DNA from: Deinococcus radiodurans R1 = ATCC 13939 = DSM 20539
Lineage (GTDB): Bacteria > Deinococcota > Deinococci > Deinococcales > Deinococcaceae
Assembly (NCBI RefSeq): GCF_000008565.1
Contig: NC_001263.1
Location: 2,509,802 to 2,541,801 of the forward strand
DNA: 32,000 nucleotides
Reading direction: 5' to 3'
Under the pieces are notes generated by a model that saw only the letters and a list, made by a program, of their open reading frames with translations, was not told the origin of the DNA and made no database searches. Shown in pieces: positions 1 to 9,315 of this stretch (its first letter is position 1; every line of letters starts with the position of its first letter). The position numbers and the translations under genes are program-made.

Positions 1-1688
1 AGAGTGATGGTGGCGATATCGCTCAGGCAACGCTCGGGTTCCTGCGAAGCGAAGGGCAGGTCGGAGGTGTCGCGGATGACGCTCCCGGTGATGGTCGGGC
101 CGACGTTGTCGAAACGAACCAGTTCGTAGGTCGCGCTGGCCGTTTCGTTGCCCAGCTGGTCACGCGAGATCGCGTAGACGCGGTAGGTCACGTTGTCCTG
201 AGCCTTGGGGGTCACGGTGCTGGTAGCGCCCGAGCCGATCACGCGGCTGAACGAAGTGGCCTTCACAGTGCCGGGTTCGAGGACAGGAGCACTGACCACG
301 GTTGCCACGCTCTTGATCGCCTTGGCACGCAGCATTTCGTCGGATTCTTGCAGGGCCTTGTTGCCGAAGGCGGTTTCGGGCACCAGGTAGTAACGGATGC
401 TCTCGAAGCCGGAGGGACGACGCTGCACGAAGGAGGAGCCCAGGGGCGCCTGACCGAATTCGCGGTCCTGCAGGCTGGGGTTGCCGGTGAACACGTTCAC
501 GTCGCCGCGCACGTAGGTCAGCCCGCTGTTGTTGTAGTTGTTCAGGATGTTGGAGTAAGCATTCTGAACGCCGTTGAGTTCGGGATCAGGCTGCTGGGGG
601 CCCTTGTTGTCGGCGATCACGGGCTGGTAGGTCACCTGGGTGCCGTTGATACGCACGACGATCCACTTGCGCACGCCGTCGAATTCGGCGAGGCGGCGGC
701 TGTCGAGGCTGAAAGTTTCGGTGCCGCTGGTGCTGGCCACCGAGCGCAGCACGTCGCCAGCCTGAACGTCGTCGTTGGTCGGAACGTCGGAGCCGGTGGT
801 GCGGGCCAGGAACACTTCAACCTTGGAGCCAGCAGCAGCGTTGACGCTGAAGTTCACAGTGCCCTTGACGTAGATGTCCACGTTGCCGTTGGGGTCGCTG
901 GGGGTGCTCACACCCTGGCCCAGGCGGCGCCAACCGTTGTCGGCGTCCTTGACGATGCCTTCGTTGGTCAGGGTCAGTTCCTGGTCGCCAGCGGGGGTCA
1001 CGGTGCCGTAACGGTTGTCCACGACAGGCGCCTTGACGTCGACGGTCACGGTGCTGGACACAGTCTGACCATTGGCGGTACCAGTCACGGTAATCAGGCC
1101 GCCACCAGCAGTGGTGGGGGTCACGTCACAGTAGCCGCCGGTGCTGCTGACCTGAGCGTTCACAGCGGCGCTGTTGCCGATCTTGCAGGTCGCGCTGCTC
1201 AGGGCCACGGAGGAGGTGAACACCACGCGGATGGGCGTGCCAGTGGTGGCCGCCGCACCGTTGGTGGGGCTGGTGATGTTCAGGGTGAAGGGCTGCGTGG
1301 GCGTGGTGCCGCCATTCCCATTGCCGTTACCCGTGCTAGGAACCGTCGTGTAGGCAAAGTTCACGCTGGGGGTCAGGTTGGTGCTGCTGATCGTGGTGCT
1401 CTGAGCAGCGGGGGTGGTGTACCCGTCCTTAGCCTTGGGAGTGAGCGTCACAGTACCAGTCTTGGCCACAGGAAGCTTCTGACCGTTGGACAGCGTCATG
1501 CTGGTGGTCTTGCCGTCCATCGTGACATCGAAGTCAGCCGAGGAAACGCCGCTGATGTTGACAGTCACCGAGCAGGTGTTGGCCGTAGCGCAAGCGTCGG
1601 CAGTAGGGGTGGTGCCCGTCCCATTCTGACCGCAGGATGCCAGGGTCAGGATCCCGGTGAGAGCCATGAGTGCGATATTTTTCTTCAT
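1..1688 (-). CDS. hpi: S-layer hexagonally packed intermediate-layer (HPI) surface protein, N-terminal ~562 codons; the 3' end lies beyond the left edge of the window
   Basis: Absent from the ORF track because it has no in-window stop. My translation of the reverse strand from ATG 1688-1686 gives MKKNIALMALTGILTLASCGQNGTGTTPTADACATANTCSVTV... It has a lipobox (LASC) and GGAGG just upstream. The Thr/Ser/Asn/Gly/Val-rich beta-type composition stays in frame to position 1. It matches my memory of the D. radiodurans HPI N-terminus. The + strand ORF 348..1820 is its antisense shadow. Confidence 0.8.
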   Translation of the reverse strand, partial: MKKNIALMALTGILTLASCGQNGTGTTPTADACATANTCSVTVNISGVSSADFDVTMDGKTTSMTLSNGQKLPVAKTGTVTLTPKAKDGYTTPAAQSTTISSTNLTPSVNFAYTTVPSTGNGNGNGGTTPTQPFTLNITSPTNGAAATTGTPIRVVFTSSVALSSATCKIGNSAAVNAQVSSTGGYCDVTPTTAGGGLITVTGTANGQTVSSTVTVDVKAPVVDNRYGTVTPAGDQELTLTNEGIVKDADNGWRRLGQGVSTPSDPNGNVDIYVKGTVNFSVNAAAGSKVEVFLARTTGSDVPTNDDVQAGDVLRSVASTSGTETFSLDSRRLAEFDGVRKWIVVRINGTQVTYQPVIADNKGPQQPDPELNGVQNAYSNILNNYNNSGLTYVRGDVNVFTGNPSLQDREFGQAPLGSSFVQRRPSGFESIRYYLVPETAFGNKALQESDEMLRAKAIKSVATVVSAPVLEPGTVKATSFSRVIGSGATSTVTPKAQDNVTYRVYAISRDQLGNETASATYELVRFDNVGPTITGSVIRDTSDLPFASQEPERCLSDIATIT

Positions 1689-1843
1689 ACGTCCTCCGTG
1701 AGCGGATGCGAAGCGATCTATTTCCCGTCTGACCGCGCTATCAATGATTGCTGTTCCTTCTGGATCCAGTTGCCGAGTTTCCTGTCCACCGGTCTACAGC
1801 GTTCATGCAGCATAGGTTAGCTCAGGATGAGATCCCGGCGCGA

Positions 1844-1873
1844 ATTATAGAGATGAGATAATAGCTCTGTCAA
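1844..1873 (-). promoter_or_regulatory. sigma-70-type promoter for hpi: TTGACA-18 nt-TATAAT
   Basis: On the minus strand, TTGACA (1873-1868), an 18-nt spacer, then TATAAT (1849-1844). Both hexamers are perfect consensus. Phased A/T tracts lie upstream. The implied 5' UTR is about 150 nt. Confidence 0.55.
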
Positions 1874-2116
1874 GGTGACTTTTTGTCGTCTAAAGCGCAA
1901 AAGTCGGCTTTTTTCGTCAGTTTGAGGTCAGGTTGGTCAGCCTGACTTGGTGGCAACAATAGGTGATCAAAAACACTGTCTGACACAGTTAAAATGTTTG
2001 TCTCATAAAGTCGCGGATAGATCGATATGTGTCAGATGAATACTGAATTGCCATAGAGTGTAGCTTTGATTAAGTTCAGGGACGGCTTGATTTTCAGAAT
2101 AGGGGCCAATCCAGAA

Positions 2117-2527
2117 TTACCTCATCAGCCACAGTTCCAGAATCTGCACCGCTGCCGCCTCATCCTCATCGGCAGCGCCCAGTGCCCGTGCCCGCTGCGT
2201 GGTAAAGCGTTCGTCCTGATACTCGACCGTGTAGCCCTTGTCCATCAGCACCCGCCCGAAAGCACGCACGCGGTCTGCCGTCGGGCTCGGCTTGCCATCG
2301 GTACGGAGCGGCAGCCCCAGCACCAGCCGCTCAGCGCCGGTTTCCTCGACCTTCAGGCGCACGGCCTTGAGGTCGAGCGGCAAACGTTTGCGGTCCACGC
2401 TGCCCCGGCCAAAGGCGAGGCGGCCCGCGCTTACGGCAAAGCCGATGCGCGACTTGCTCACGTCGAGGGCCAGCACGGTGGGAAGAGCGGCAGGTGCGGG
2501 GTCAGGGCCAGACATCCGGGCGAGCAT
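2117..2527 (-). CDS. ruvX: YqgF/RuvX family putative pre-16S rRNA nuclease (Holliday junction resolvase-like)
   Basis: 136 aa. Family-typical LALDVSKSRIGFAV near the N-terminus, LVLGLPLRTDGKPS in the middle and DERFTT...A near the C-terminus. An alternative start is M5 at 2515. Confidence 0.85.
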   Translation of the reverse strand: MLARMSGPDPAPAALPTVLALDVSKSRIGFAVSAGRLAFGRGSVDRKRLPLDLKAVRLKVEETGAERLVLGLPLRTDGKPSPTADRVRAFGRVLMDKGYTVEYQDERFTTQRARALGAADEDEAAAVQILELWLMR

Positions 2528-2544
2528 AGCGGTAGCCTGAGCCC

Positions 2545-3327
2545 ATGGAACAATCTGTGATTCTGGTTTCCGACCAGGCGGCGGTCCGGACCCTCACCCT
2601 CAACCGCGAGCACAAGCTCAATGCGGCCAACGACAAGCTGCTGCTGACCCTGACCCGCGAGCTGGAGCGGGCCGACGCCGACCCGGCGGTGCGTGTGGTC
2701 GTCATCACCGGGGCAGGGCGCGGCTTTTGCGCCGGGCAGGACCTGGGCGACGTGTCGGGACGCGACATGACGTTTACCGAGCACCTCAACCACACCTACA
2801 ACCCGCTGATTCGCACCATCCGCGGCCTGAGCAAGCCGGTCATCACCGCCGTCAATGGCGTGGCGGCGGGCGCAGGCGCGAGTCTGGCGCTGGCCGGGGA
2901 CATCCGGCTGTGGACGCGCGGGGCGAACTTGATCGAGGTCTTTTCCAACATCGCCCTGGTGCCCGACAGCGGCAGTACGTGGTTTTTGCCCCGGCTGGTC
3001 GGTTACCACCGCGCCTTCGAGATGATGGCCCTTGCCGAAAAGATCGGATCCGACGATGCCCTGCGCCTGGGCCTGTGCGAGCAGGTCTTCCCCGACGAGA
3101 GCTTCCGCGCCGACGTGCAGGCCTACGCCGAGCGGCTGGCGGCCCGCCCCGCCAACGCCCTCAAGCTGACCAAGCAGGCGCTGACCGACGCGCTGACCAG
3201 CACCCTCGATCAGGCGCTCGACCGCGAGGCCGAGTTGCAGCAGCTCGCAGGCGACCATTGGGAACACGAGGAAGGCGTGACGGCCTTCAAGGAAAAGCGC
3301 CCGGCGCAGTTCGTGCGGGAAGGGTAA
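2545..3327 (+). CDS. enoyl-CoA hydratase/isomerase (crotonase superfamily, PaaG-like)
   Basis: 260 aa. Crotonase hallmarks VVVITGAGRGFCAGQDL and AVNGVAAGAGASLALAGD, with a C-terminal EGVTAFKEKRPAQF. ATG at 2545. Confidence 0.85.
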   Translation: MEQSVILVSDQAAVRTLTLNREHKLNAANDKLLLTLTRELERADADPAVRVVVITGAGRGFCAGQDLGDVSGRDMTFTEHLNHTYNPLIRTIRGLSKPVITAVNGVAAGAGASLALAGDIRLWTRGANLIEVFSNIALVPDSGSTWFLPRLVGYHRAFEMMALAEKIGSDDALRLGLCEQVFPDESFRADVQAYAERLAARPANALKLTKQALTDALTSTLDQALDREAELQQLAGDHWEHEEGVTAFKEKRPAQFVREG

Positions 3328-3332
3328 ACGGA

Positions 3333-3382
3333 GCAAAAGAAAAGCGCCCGCCAACTCATATTGGCGGGCGCTTTTCTTTTGC
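3333..3382. terminator. bidirectional intrinsic terminator between convergent genes
   Basis: Perfect 20-bp inverted repeat: gcaaaagaaaagcgcccgcc (3333-3352) and ggcgggcgcttttcttttgc (3363-3382), with a 10-nt loop. The GC core is flanked by an A-rich arm and a T-rich arm, so it reads as hairpin plus U-tract on both strands. Confidence 0.7.
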
Positions 3383-3384
3383 TG

Positions 3385-4236
3385 TCAGTCAGTGGAGGCC
3401 GGCGCTTCTCTCGGTTCGCGGCGCGGGCTACGAGCCGCCGCCTGTTCGGGGAGACGGCGCAGTTCACTGGCGGGAACGTCTTGCAGCAGGCCCTGATCAG
3501 TTTGCAGGTCCACCGTTCCGGCCAGGGGATGCAGCTTGGTCACCTTGCCGCAGGCGCCGCTGCCTTCGTGACACATCTTGGCGTTCTTGCGGGGCAGGTC
3601 ACGCAGCAGGTCGAGGTACTGCTCGTGCTCGTATTGCAGGCAGCACAGCAAGCGGCCACACGGCCCGCTGAGTTTTTCGGGATTGAGCGGCAATTGCTGG
3701 TCGCGCGCCATGCGGATGCTGACCGGGGCGAAATCCTGGAGGTGGGTGCTCGAACAGTTCTCGCGTCCGCAGGCGCCGAGCGTGCCGAGCATCTGCGCCT
3801 GCTCGCGCGGGCCGATGGCAGCGAAGTTGACGCGGGCGCGGGTGTGGGCGCGCAGTTCCCCGATGAGGCTGCTCAGTTCGATGCGCTCGTCGGCGCTGTA
3901 GCTGATGGTAACGAGCGATTCGTCGAGCGTGAACTCGACGGCGACCAGTTTGACCGGCAGCCCCCGCTCACGCGCCCGCGCCCGCAGCAGCCATTTCAGG
4001 TCCTCGGCACGGCGGTGCAGGTCTTCCCAGGTGGCGAGGTCTTCCGGCGTCGCCGCCCGCAGCACGGCGCCGTAGCGGGCCTGCCGCTCGGGCTCGGACG
4101 CCTCGCCGCGCACGGTGGCGATTTCGGGGCCACGTTTGCCCTGCACGACCACCCGCGTGCCCACCGGGTGCGGGGACTCGCTGAGCATGGGATGCAGTCG
4201 GGGACTCCGCTCGAAGCGGACGGGCAAAACAAACAC
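3385..4236 (-). CDS. PSP1 C-terminal domain protein (RicT/YaaT-like)
   Basis: 283 aa. Cys-rich PSP1 signature [15 protein letters not shown] and the family N-terminal pattern LPVRFE...[20 protein letters not shown] start at 4236; an internal ATG at 4188 is less consistent with the conserved N-terminus. Confidence 0.75.
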   Translation of the reverse strand: MFVLPVRFERSPRLHPMLSESPHPVGTRVVVQGKRGPEIATVRGEASEPERQARYGAVLRAATPEDLATWEDLHRRAEDLKWLLRARARERGLPVKLVAVEFTLDESLVTISYSADERIELSSLIGELRAHTRARVNFAAIGPREQAQMLGTLGACGRENCSSTHLQDFAPVSIRMARDQQLPLNPEKLSGPCGRLLCCLQYEHEQYLDLLRDLPRKNAKMCHEGSGACGKVTKLHPLAGTVDLQTDQGLLQDVPASELRRLPEQAAARSPRREPREAPASTD

Positions 4237-4309
4237 CCCCAGACCATGTCATGAATCGGGGGCGCTGCCAAGTGAAAAGGAACAGTTGAGCGGTCAGGAC
4301 CGGCCAAGC

Positions 4310-4687
4310 TCAGTGCCGCTCGGCCAGCACCTCGATTTCCACCCGCACGTCGCGCGGCAACCGGGCCACCTGCACGGTGCTGCGGGCCGGGTAGGGCGCG
4401 GTGAAGTGCTGCTCGTACACGGCGTTCATGGCTGTGAACTCGTTCATGTCGGCCAGAAAGACCGTGGTTTTGACCACCCGGTCGAGGTCGGTGCCAGCCG
4501 CAGCGAGCACGGCCCGCAGGTTCTGGATGACCTGTTCGGTCTGCTCGGCGATGCCGCCGGTCACGAGTTCGCCTTGCGCCGTAAGTGGAATCTGCCCGCT
4601 GGTGACGACCAAGTTGCCGAAAGTCACGGCCTGGCTGTAGGGGCCGATGGCGGCGGGGGCGTCCGCAGTCTGCACGATGTCTTTCAT
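4310..4687 (-). CDS. ridA: RidA/YjgF/TdcF family reactive-intermediate (enamine/imine) deaminase
   Basis: 125 aa. APAAIGPYSQAV..., SGQIPL..., VKTTVFLADMNEF...ARSTVQVARLP are classic RidA blocks. Confidence 0.85.
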   Translation of the reverse strand: MKDIVQTADAPAAIGPYSQAVTFGNLVVTSGQIPLTAQGELVTGGIAEQTEQVIQNLRAVLAAAGTDLDRVVKTTVFLADMNEFTAMNAVYEQHFTAPYPARSTVQVARLPRDVRVEIEVLAERH

Positions 4688-4728
4688 GCCTTACTGTACG
4701 CCGCCGGGTGCCTCGTAAGAGAGGCAGG

Positions 4729-5790
4729 TCAGGGCACTTGCCTTTTCAGCGCGTGAGCGTCATCTGTTGCCAGGGATAGGCGCCGACCTGCTCCGCTCAG
4801 ACGGCGGGCGCGGCGGCGGCGCGACAGCACCTTGCTCGTCGTCACGATCAGGACGCCCACCACGAAGCCGAGCAGAGCGATGAGCGCGCTGTTTTCGGGA
4901 ATCAGCATGACGCCGAGCAAGGTGAAATAGGCCAGCGTGAGCAGCAGGTAGGTCAGCAGACTGCCGCCCCGGCGGGTGCTGAGCAGCACCTCGGCGTACT
5001 CGGGGCCGTCGCCGGGCGACTCGGGGAGGGGATAACTGGGCAGCCGCTGCGAGCGCAGCACGTCCACGACGACCGCCGTGATGTTGTCGGGGCCGCCCGC
5101 GTCGTTGGCGGCTTCGATCAGTTGCGCGGCGATGTCCTGCGGCGCCTGGGGCTGGGCCAGCAGCGACAGCAACTCGGCTTCAGAGACCACGCCGCTCAGG
5201 CCGTCGCTGCACAGCAGCAGTCGGTCGCCGCCTTGCAGTTCCAGGCCGAACAGTTCGAGCCGCACCCGTTCCTCCCCGCCCAGCGCGTTGCTCACCACGC
5301 TGCGCCACTGGTGGTGCCGGGCCTCGGCCTCGGTCAGCATGCCCATACGGACCTGCTCGGCCACCCAGGAGTGGTCGTCGGTCAGGCGCAACAGTTCGCC
5401 GCCACGCAGCAGATAGGCCCGCGAGTCGCCTACGTGCGCGATGAGGGCCGCGCCCCGGTCAATCGCCACCGCCAGCAGCGTGGTGCCCATGCCGACGAGT
5501 TCGCCCACCGCCCGCTGCACCACCGCCAGATTGGCCGCCTGCACCGCCTCGATCAGCCGGGCGGGGGGCCGCGACCGCCCTTGCACATAGGTCTGAGCGA
5601 GCGTGTCGAGCGCCAGCGACGAGGCGAGTTCGCCGCCCGCGTGCCCGCCCATACCATCGGCCACGGCGTACAGGCCCCCCTGCGGGAGCGGCAGTGCCAG
5701 CGCCGCGTCCTGATTCGCTCCCCCCGCCCGCTGGCGGCCCACATCGGTCAGCAGGCCCGTGACCAGAAAGGGGGAAGAAGCGGACGCCAT
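4729..5790 (-). CDS. PP2C/PPM-family Ser/Thr protein phosphatase with a C-terminal membrane anchor
   Basis: 353 aa. Motifs [37 protein letters not shown] and [11 protein letters not shown]. Hydrophobic stretch [21 protein letters not shown]...[13 protein letters not shown] near the C-terminus. Confidence 0.85.
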   Translation of the reverse strand: MASASSPFLVTGLLTDVGRQRAGGANQDAALALPLPQGGLYAVADGMGGHAGGELASSLALDTLAQTYVQGRSRPPARLIEAVQAANLAVVQRAVGELVGMGTTLLAVAIDRGAALIAHVGDSRAYLLRGGELLRLTDDHSWVAEQVRMGMLTEAEARHHQWRSVVSNALGGEERVRLELFGLELQGGDRLLLCSDGLSGVVSEAELLSLLAQPQAPQDIAAQLIEAANDAGGPDNITAVVVDVLRSQRLPSYPLPESPGDGPEYAEVLLSTRRGGSLLTYLLLTLAYFTLLGVMLIPENSALIALLGFVVGVLIVTTSKVLSRRRRARRLSGAGRRLSLATDDAHALKRQVP

Positions 5791-5798
5791 ACGTGAGT

Positions 5799-5804
5799 AC
5801 TATA
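5799..5804 (-). promoter_or_regulatory. -10 box (TATAGT) 8 nt upstream of the PP2C ATG; leaderless or near-leaderless transcript
   Basis: The minus strand reads ...ctgttTATAGTactcacgtATG. No Shine-Dalgarno fits between the box and the start. Confidence 0.35.
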
Positions 5805-5957
5805 AAACAGCGAGTCAGATATGGCGTCAGGCCTGCCGGGGATTGCAGCGCCGGGACAGGGGCCACCTGGAGGCCGTCCAGCACCACATTTTCTGAGGTC
5901 GGAGGTCAGACCGTCAGGAAGCTCAAGCCAAAGCTGTCAGGAGACAGGGCCCCGTTT

Positions 5958-6548
5958 TCAGGCCGGGTCTGCCGGGCGGGGAAAAGCCGGGGTCTCGAAG
6001 CGGGGATGTTTGCCGCGCACCCCTTCGAGCAAGCGGCGAATCTCGGCAAAGTCGGCGTCGATGTCGCCCGTCGGGGTCACGTAGCCCACGATTCCCACCT
6101 GTTTGCGGCCCCAGTCGAGCGCCATGACCGCCAACGGCACCCCGGCTTCGAGGGCCATGTAATAAAACCCGGTTTTCCAGTAGTCACCCTGGGCGCGGGT
6201 GCCTTCGGGCGCGACGAGCAGGACGATTTCGGGTTCGCGCCGGATGATCTCGACCACCGCGTCCACGAAGTTGCCCCCCCGGCGGCGGCGGTCGATGGGA
6301 ATACCGCCCACCGCGCGCATAAAGCCGCCGAGGGGAAAGCGGAACAGCGTGTGTTTGCCGACAAAATGCACCGGCGTGCGGGTGGCCCATTTCCAGAACA
6401 GGCCCACCCAGAAGTCCTCGTTGGCGGTGTGCGGCGCCGCCGGGGCCACCAGCCGGGGACCGGGCACCGGCGCGAGCAGCGGCGTCCACCCGCTCAGGCG
6501 CAGGCACGCCAGCGCCGCGCGCGAGCCCAGGGTGTGGGGGCGGTTCAT
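5958..6548 (-). CDS. PlsC-family 1-acyl-sn-glycerol-3-phosphate acyltransferase (YihG-like)
   Basis: HX4D motif (PHTANED), FVGKHTLFRFPLGGFMRAVGGIPIDR and the VAPEGTR block. I place the start at ATG 6548 (MNRPHTLG...). The track ORF extends to 6713, but that extension overlaps the upstream gene and looks like non-coding composition. Confidence 0.75.
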   Translation of the reverse strand: MNRPHTLGSRAALACLRLSGWTPLLAPVPGPRLVAPAAPHTANEDFWVGLFWKWATRTPVHFVGKHTLFRFPLGGFMRAVGGIPIDRRRRGGNFVDAVVEIIRREPEIVLLVAPEGTRAQGDYWKTGFYYMALEAGVPLAVMALDWGRKQVGIVGYVTPTGDIDADFAEIRRLLEGVRGKHPRFETPAFPRPADPA

Positions 6549-6661
6549 CCAGGTGGGGGACACAGCCTGAAGTATGTCGCCCCGCGCCGTGCAAGCTTCT
6601 GACAGGGGACGGCGTTCAAATCGCGCTTGGTCAACTCTCGCTCTGGGATGGAGCGCGTGCT

Positions 6662-7813
6662 TTACGGCGTCGGCGGCCCCAGCACCACCACCGACGGGTC
6701 GCGCAGCGGGCACAGCCGCAGCACCTCGCGCACCTGCTCCGGCGTGATGGCGGCGTACCGCTCGGCAAGCTGCGCGGGCGTGCGGAGTTCGCCGGTCGCC
6801 AGATGTTCCATGCCGAGCAGAAAGAGGCGGCCCTGCGGGGTTTCCGAACGCAGCAACAGCGACACGGCGGCCTTGCGCGCGGCGCGGCGCACGCTGAGGT
6901 CGGTGATGAGAGACTCGGCACTGTCGAGCACGGCGCGAAAACGGTCCAGTGCTTCTTGCGCTCGGTCAGGGTCGCAGGAAAAGCCGCCCTCGAACACGCC
7001 CGCGTCGCGGTACTCGATGTGCCCCAGGTCGGCGCTGTCGGCCAGCCCGGTATCGAGCAGCGCCCAGTACAGCGCTCCGTTTTCCCCGCCGATGAGCTCG
7101 GCGAGCAGCCCGGCGGCCTCGCGCAGCGGGTGACTAACCGGCAGCCCCGGCAGCGCAAGGGCCACCTGGGTGCGCGTCAGCTCGGGGTCGGTGACCCAAC
7201 GCACCTGACCCGGCCAGTGGGGCGCGGGCGCGGCGTCCGGCAGGCGCGGCGTGCCGGACGGCCAGCCGGCGAGTTCGCGCTCCGCCCAGGCCCGCACTTC
7301 CGCCGGGTCGAAAGCGCCGCTGAGCACCAGCGTGACCCGTTCGGCGCCGTAGCGCTCCGCGAAGTGGCGCTGTAACGCCGGGCGGTCGAGCCGCCGCAAC
7401 GTCTCGGGCGTCCCCAGAATCTGGTGCGCCAGGGGATGCTCGCCCCAGTAGTCGCGCCGCAGGGCCTCGGCCACCCGCACGCCGGGCTGCTCGGCGTACA
7501 TGGCAATTTCTTCCAGAATCACGCCGCGCTCGGGGTCGATGTCTGCCGGGCGCAGCGCCGGGCGCAGCAGTTCGGTCAGGGTAGCGAGCAGCTCCCCGGT
7601 GCACTCGGGCAGCGCGGCGGCGTGGTAGACGGTGGCTTCCTCGGCGGTAAAAGCGTTGGCCTGCCCGCCGAGGTTGTCGAGCTGCTCGTTGAGGGCGGCG
7701 GCACTCAGGCGCTCGGAGCCCTTGAACATCAGGTGTTCGAGAAAATGGCTGGCGCCCATCTCCCCCGCCGGTTCGTCGCGCGCGCCGGTCGCCACGAAGT
7801 AGCCCGCCGCCAC
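6662..7813 (-). CDS. M16-family zinc metallopeptidase, catalytic (HXXEH) subunit; the true N-terminus probably lies upstream of 7813
   Basis: Zinc motif [13 protein letters not shown]. The 383-aa track ORF starts at GTG 7813. The in-frame upstream codons (to 7891) encode [23 protein letters not shown], the conserved first beta-strands of M16 proteins, but contain no ATG/GTG/TTG (see finding). Confidence 0.8.
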   Translation of the reverse strand: MAAGYFVATGARDEPAGEMGASHFLEHLMFKGSERLSAAALNEQLDNLGGQANAFTAEEATVYHAAALPECTGELLATLTELLRPALRPADIDPERGVILEEIAMYAEQPGVRVAEALRRDYWGEHPLAHQILGTPETLRRLDRPALQRHFAERYGAERVTLVLSGAFDPAEVRAWAERELAGWPSGTPRLPDAAPAPHWPGQVRWVTDPELTRTQVALALPGLPVSHPLREAAGLLAELIGGENGALYWALLDTGLADSADLGHIEYRDAGVFEGGFSCDPDRAQEALDRFRAVLDSAESLITDLSVRRAARKAAVSLLLRSETPQGRLFLLGMEHLATGELRTPAQLAERYAAITPEQVREVLRLCPLRDPSVVVLGPPTP

Positions 7814-7883
7814 GCTCAGCGCCGCCGGGTCGGGGTCGAGCAGCAGGGTCAGGCCGTTCGGCAGGCGCTCGCAGGTCAGGCTG

Positions 7884-9175
7884 TCACGCGCTCACCGCCA
7901 GAGTGCGGTCGGGAGCATCCGGCCCCAGCGACACCACCGTGATCTGCTCGGCGGGATGGTAATTCGCCAGAAATGCGTTGACCTGCCCGAGCGTCAGAGC
8001 GCTCAGTTCGGCGCGCACCTCGCCGGGTGGCCGCACCCGCCCGAACAGCGCGAGGTCGCGGGTCAGGGCATAAGCGCGGCTGCGCAGGCTCTCGGCGCCG
8101 AAGACCACGCCGGTCGTCAGCGCGGTGCGGGCGCGGCGAAACTCGGCCTCGCTCAGACCCTGCGAGAGCACGTCGAGCTCGGCCAGCAGCACGTCCAGCG
8201 TTGCGGGGGCGTTGGCCGGGGTGCTGCCCGCGTAGAGGCTGACGAAGCCCTCGCCGCCGAGCACCAGCGGCGTGGCGCTCACCTCGTAGGCAAGGCCGCG
8301 TTCCTCGCGCACGCGGGTAAACAGCCGGCTGGCACTGCCGCCCGACAGCGCTGTGAGCGCCAATTGCCAGGGCAGCCAGTCGGGGTCACGTGGGCCGGGG
8401 CCAGGGGCGACGAGGCTCAGATGGGTCTGCTCGCCCGTCGCGGAGGGCAGATGCAGCCGCAGTCCAGGCTGAAAATGCGCCGGCATGGGCCGGTCCTCGC
8501 CGGGCTGCCAGTCGGCAAAGAGGCCCGCGACGAGCTCATACACCTCCTGCGCGTCGGCATCGGCCACCACACCGAGCACGCTGCCGCGCTGTCCGAACCG
8601 CGCCCAGTGCGCCCGCAGTGACGCCGCGCTCAGACGCTCCAGCCCGGCGAGGGTGCCGCTGATGGGGTGCCCGAAGCCCGCGCCCGGGTCGCCCGGCAAC
8701 CGGGGAAAGGTCGCCGCCCGCGCCTGCACCGCCAGCCGGTCGGTGGGGCTGTCGTCGAGCGATTCGAGGTCCTGCCGAGCGAGGTCGAGCAGCGTCGGCA
8801 GCTCTCCAGCGGGCAACGTGGGGCGCGTCACCACGTCGGCCACCAGCGCGAGTGCCGCGCCGAGGTCGGCCCGCAGCCGCTGACGTGCAGCCGGGTGGCT
8901 TCCAGGCTGACCCCGCCGCCCCGGCGCACGCCCAGGTCGTCGAAGGCGTCTTGCAGTTGCCGCGCGTCCCGGCGTTGGTTGGCAGCGGTGGCCGCGCCCT
9001 TGTAGAGCCACTCCTCGATGACCGCCAGGCTGCCTTCCTCCCCCACCGGGTCATGGGCACTGCCGAGCGGCACCCGCAGGTCGAAGGCGAAGCCCGGCCC
9101 GGCGCGGCGCTCGAAGGCCAGCGTCAGGCCGCCGGGCAGGGTCCAGACATGAAAAGCGGGAGCAGACGGCAACAC
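7884..9175 (-). pseudogene. M16-family peptidase, non-catalytic subunit (HXXEH replaced by VIEEW), split by a 1-nt frame disruption near 8871-8881
   Basis: N-terminal fragment is ORF 8828..9175 ([22 protein letters not shown]...[13 protein letters not shown]...EATRLHVSG). The C-terminal part is ORF 7884..9011, meaningful from ...[22 protein letters not shown] onward. The two halves join into one continuous M16 alignment if a base is added in agcggc|tgcgg. High GC3 follows that path. Confidence 0.75.
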
Positions 9176-9315
9176 CGGCGGAGTGTAGCGCCGTCAGGAA
9201 ACACCGAATGGAAGGACGTGGGGAAGAGCAGCTCCTCGCAGATGAGAAAAGTTCACCCGGACCTTCACCGCTCTGTGCCGCTGCGGTCAGAACTTTTTTT
9301 CTACGCTGCCGGGCG

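Noticed and set aside
348-1820. 490-aa + strand ORF
   Set aside because: It lies exactly antisense to hpi. The translation is Gly/Ala/Val/His-rich low-complexity (e.g. HVHVAAHVGQPAVVVVV), with no start context or recognisable domain. The opposite strand has the signal peptide, SD and recognisable S-layer sequence.
1965-1990. Hairpin actgt-ctgac-acagt next to an A5/T5 run as a ruvX terminator
   Set aside because: The stem is only 5 AT-rich bp, which is too weak to list as a feature. It is mentioned only in the context of the hpi upstream region.
3361-4254. 297-aa + strand ORF; likewise 5793..6602 (+), 13999..14847 (+), 24082..24726 (-), 25216..26469 (+), 31125..31679 (-) and 31208..31954 (-)
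   Set aside because: All are mirror-strand ORFs of well-supported genes (PSP1, acyltransferase, radical SAM, rhodanese, the 366-aa protein, dtxR). Long stop-free antisense frames are expected at this G+C content. None shows a domain signature or SD.
6549-6713. N-terminal extensions offered by the ORF track: acyltransferase to 6713, lipoprotein from 9208, dctA to 18910, lpdA from 19021, the 154-aa lipoprotein to 21378, DUF937 to 24031, GrpB from 26488, MerR to 13039
   Set aside because: In each case an internal ATG/GTG with an SD or promoter context begins the recognisable protein (signal peptide, FAD fold, HTH etc.). The extension is non-conserved, overlaps a neighbour or has noise-like composition.
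7884-9175. Programmed ribosomal frameshifting as the explanation for the frame jumps
   Set aside because: The sites show no slippery heptamer or downstream pseudoknot. The DUF937 gene needs two opposite shifts. The msrP and Mn-binding-protein shifts affect only the last few codons. Base-call error or simple mutation is far more parsimonious.
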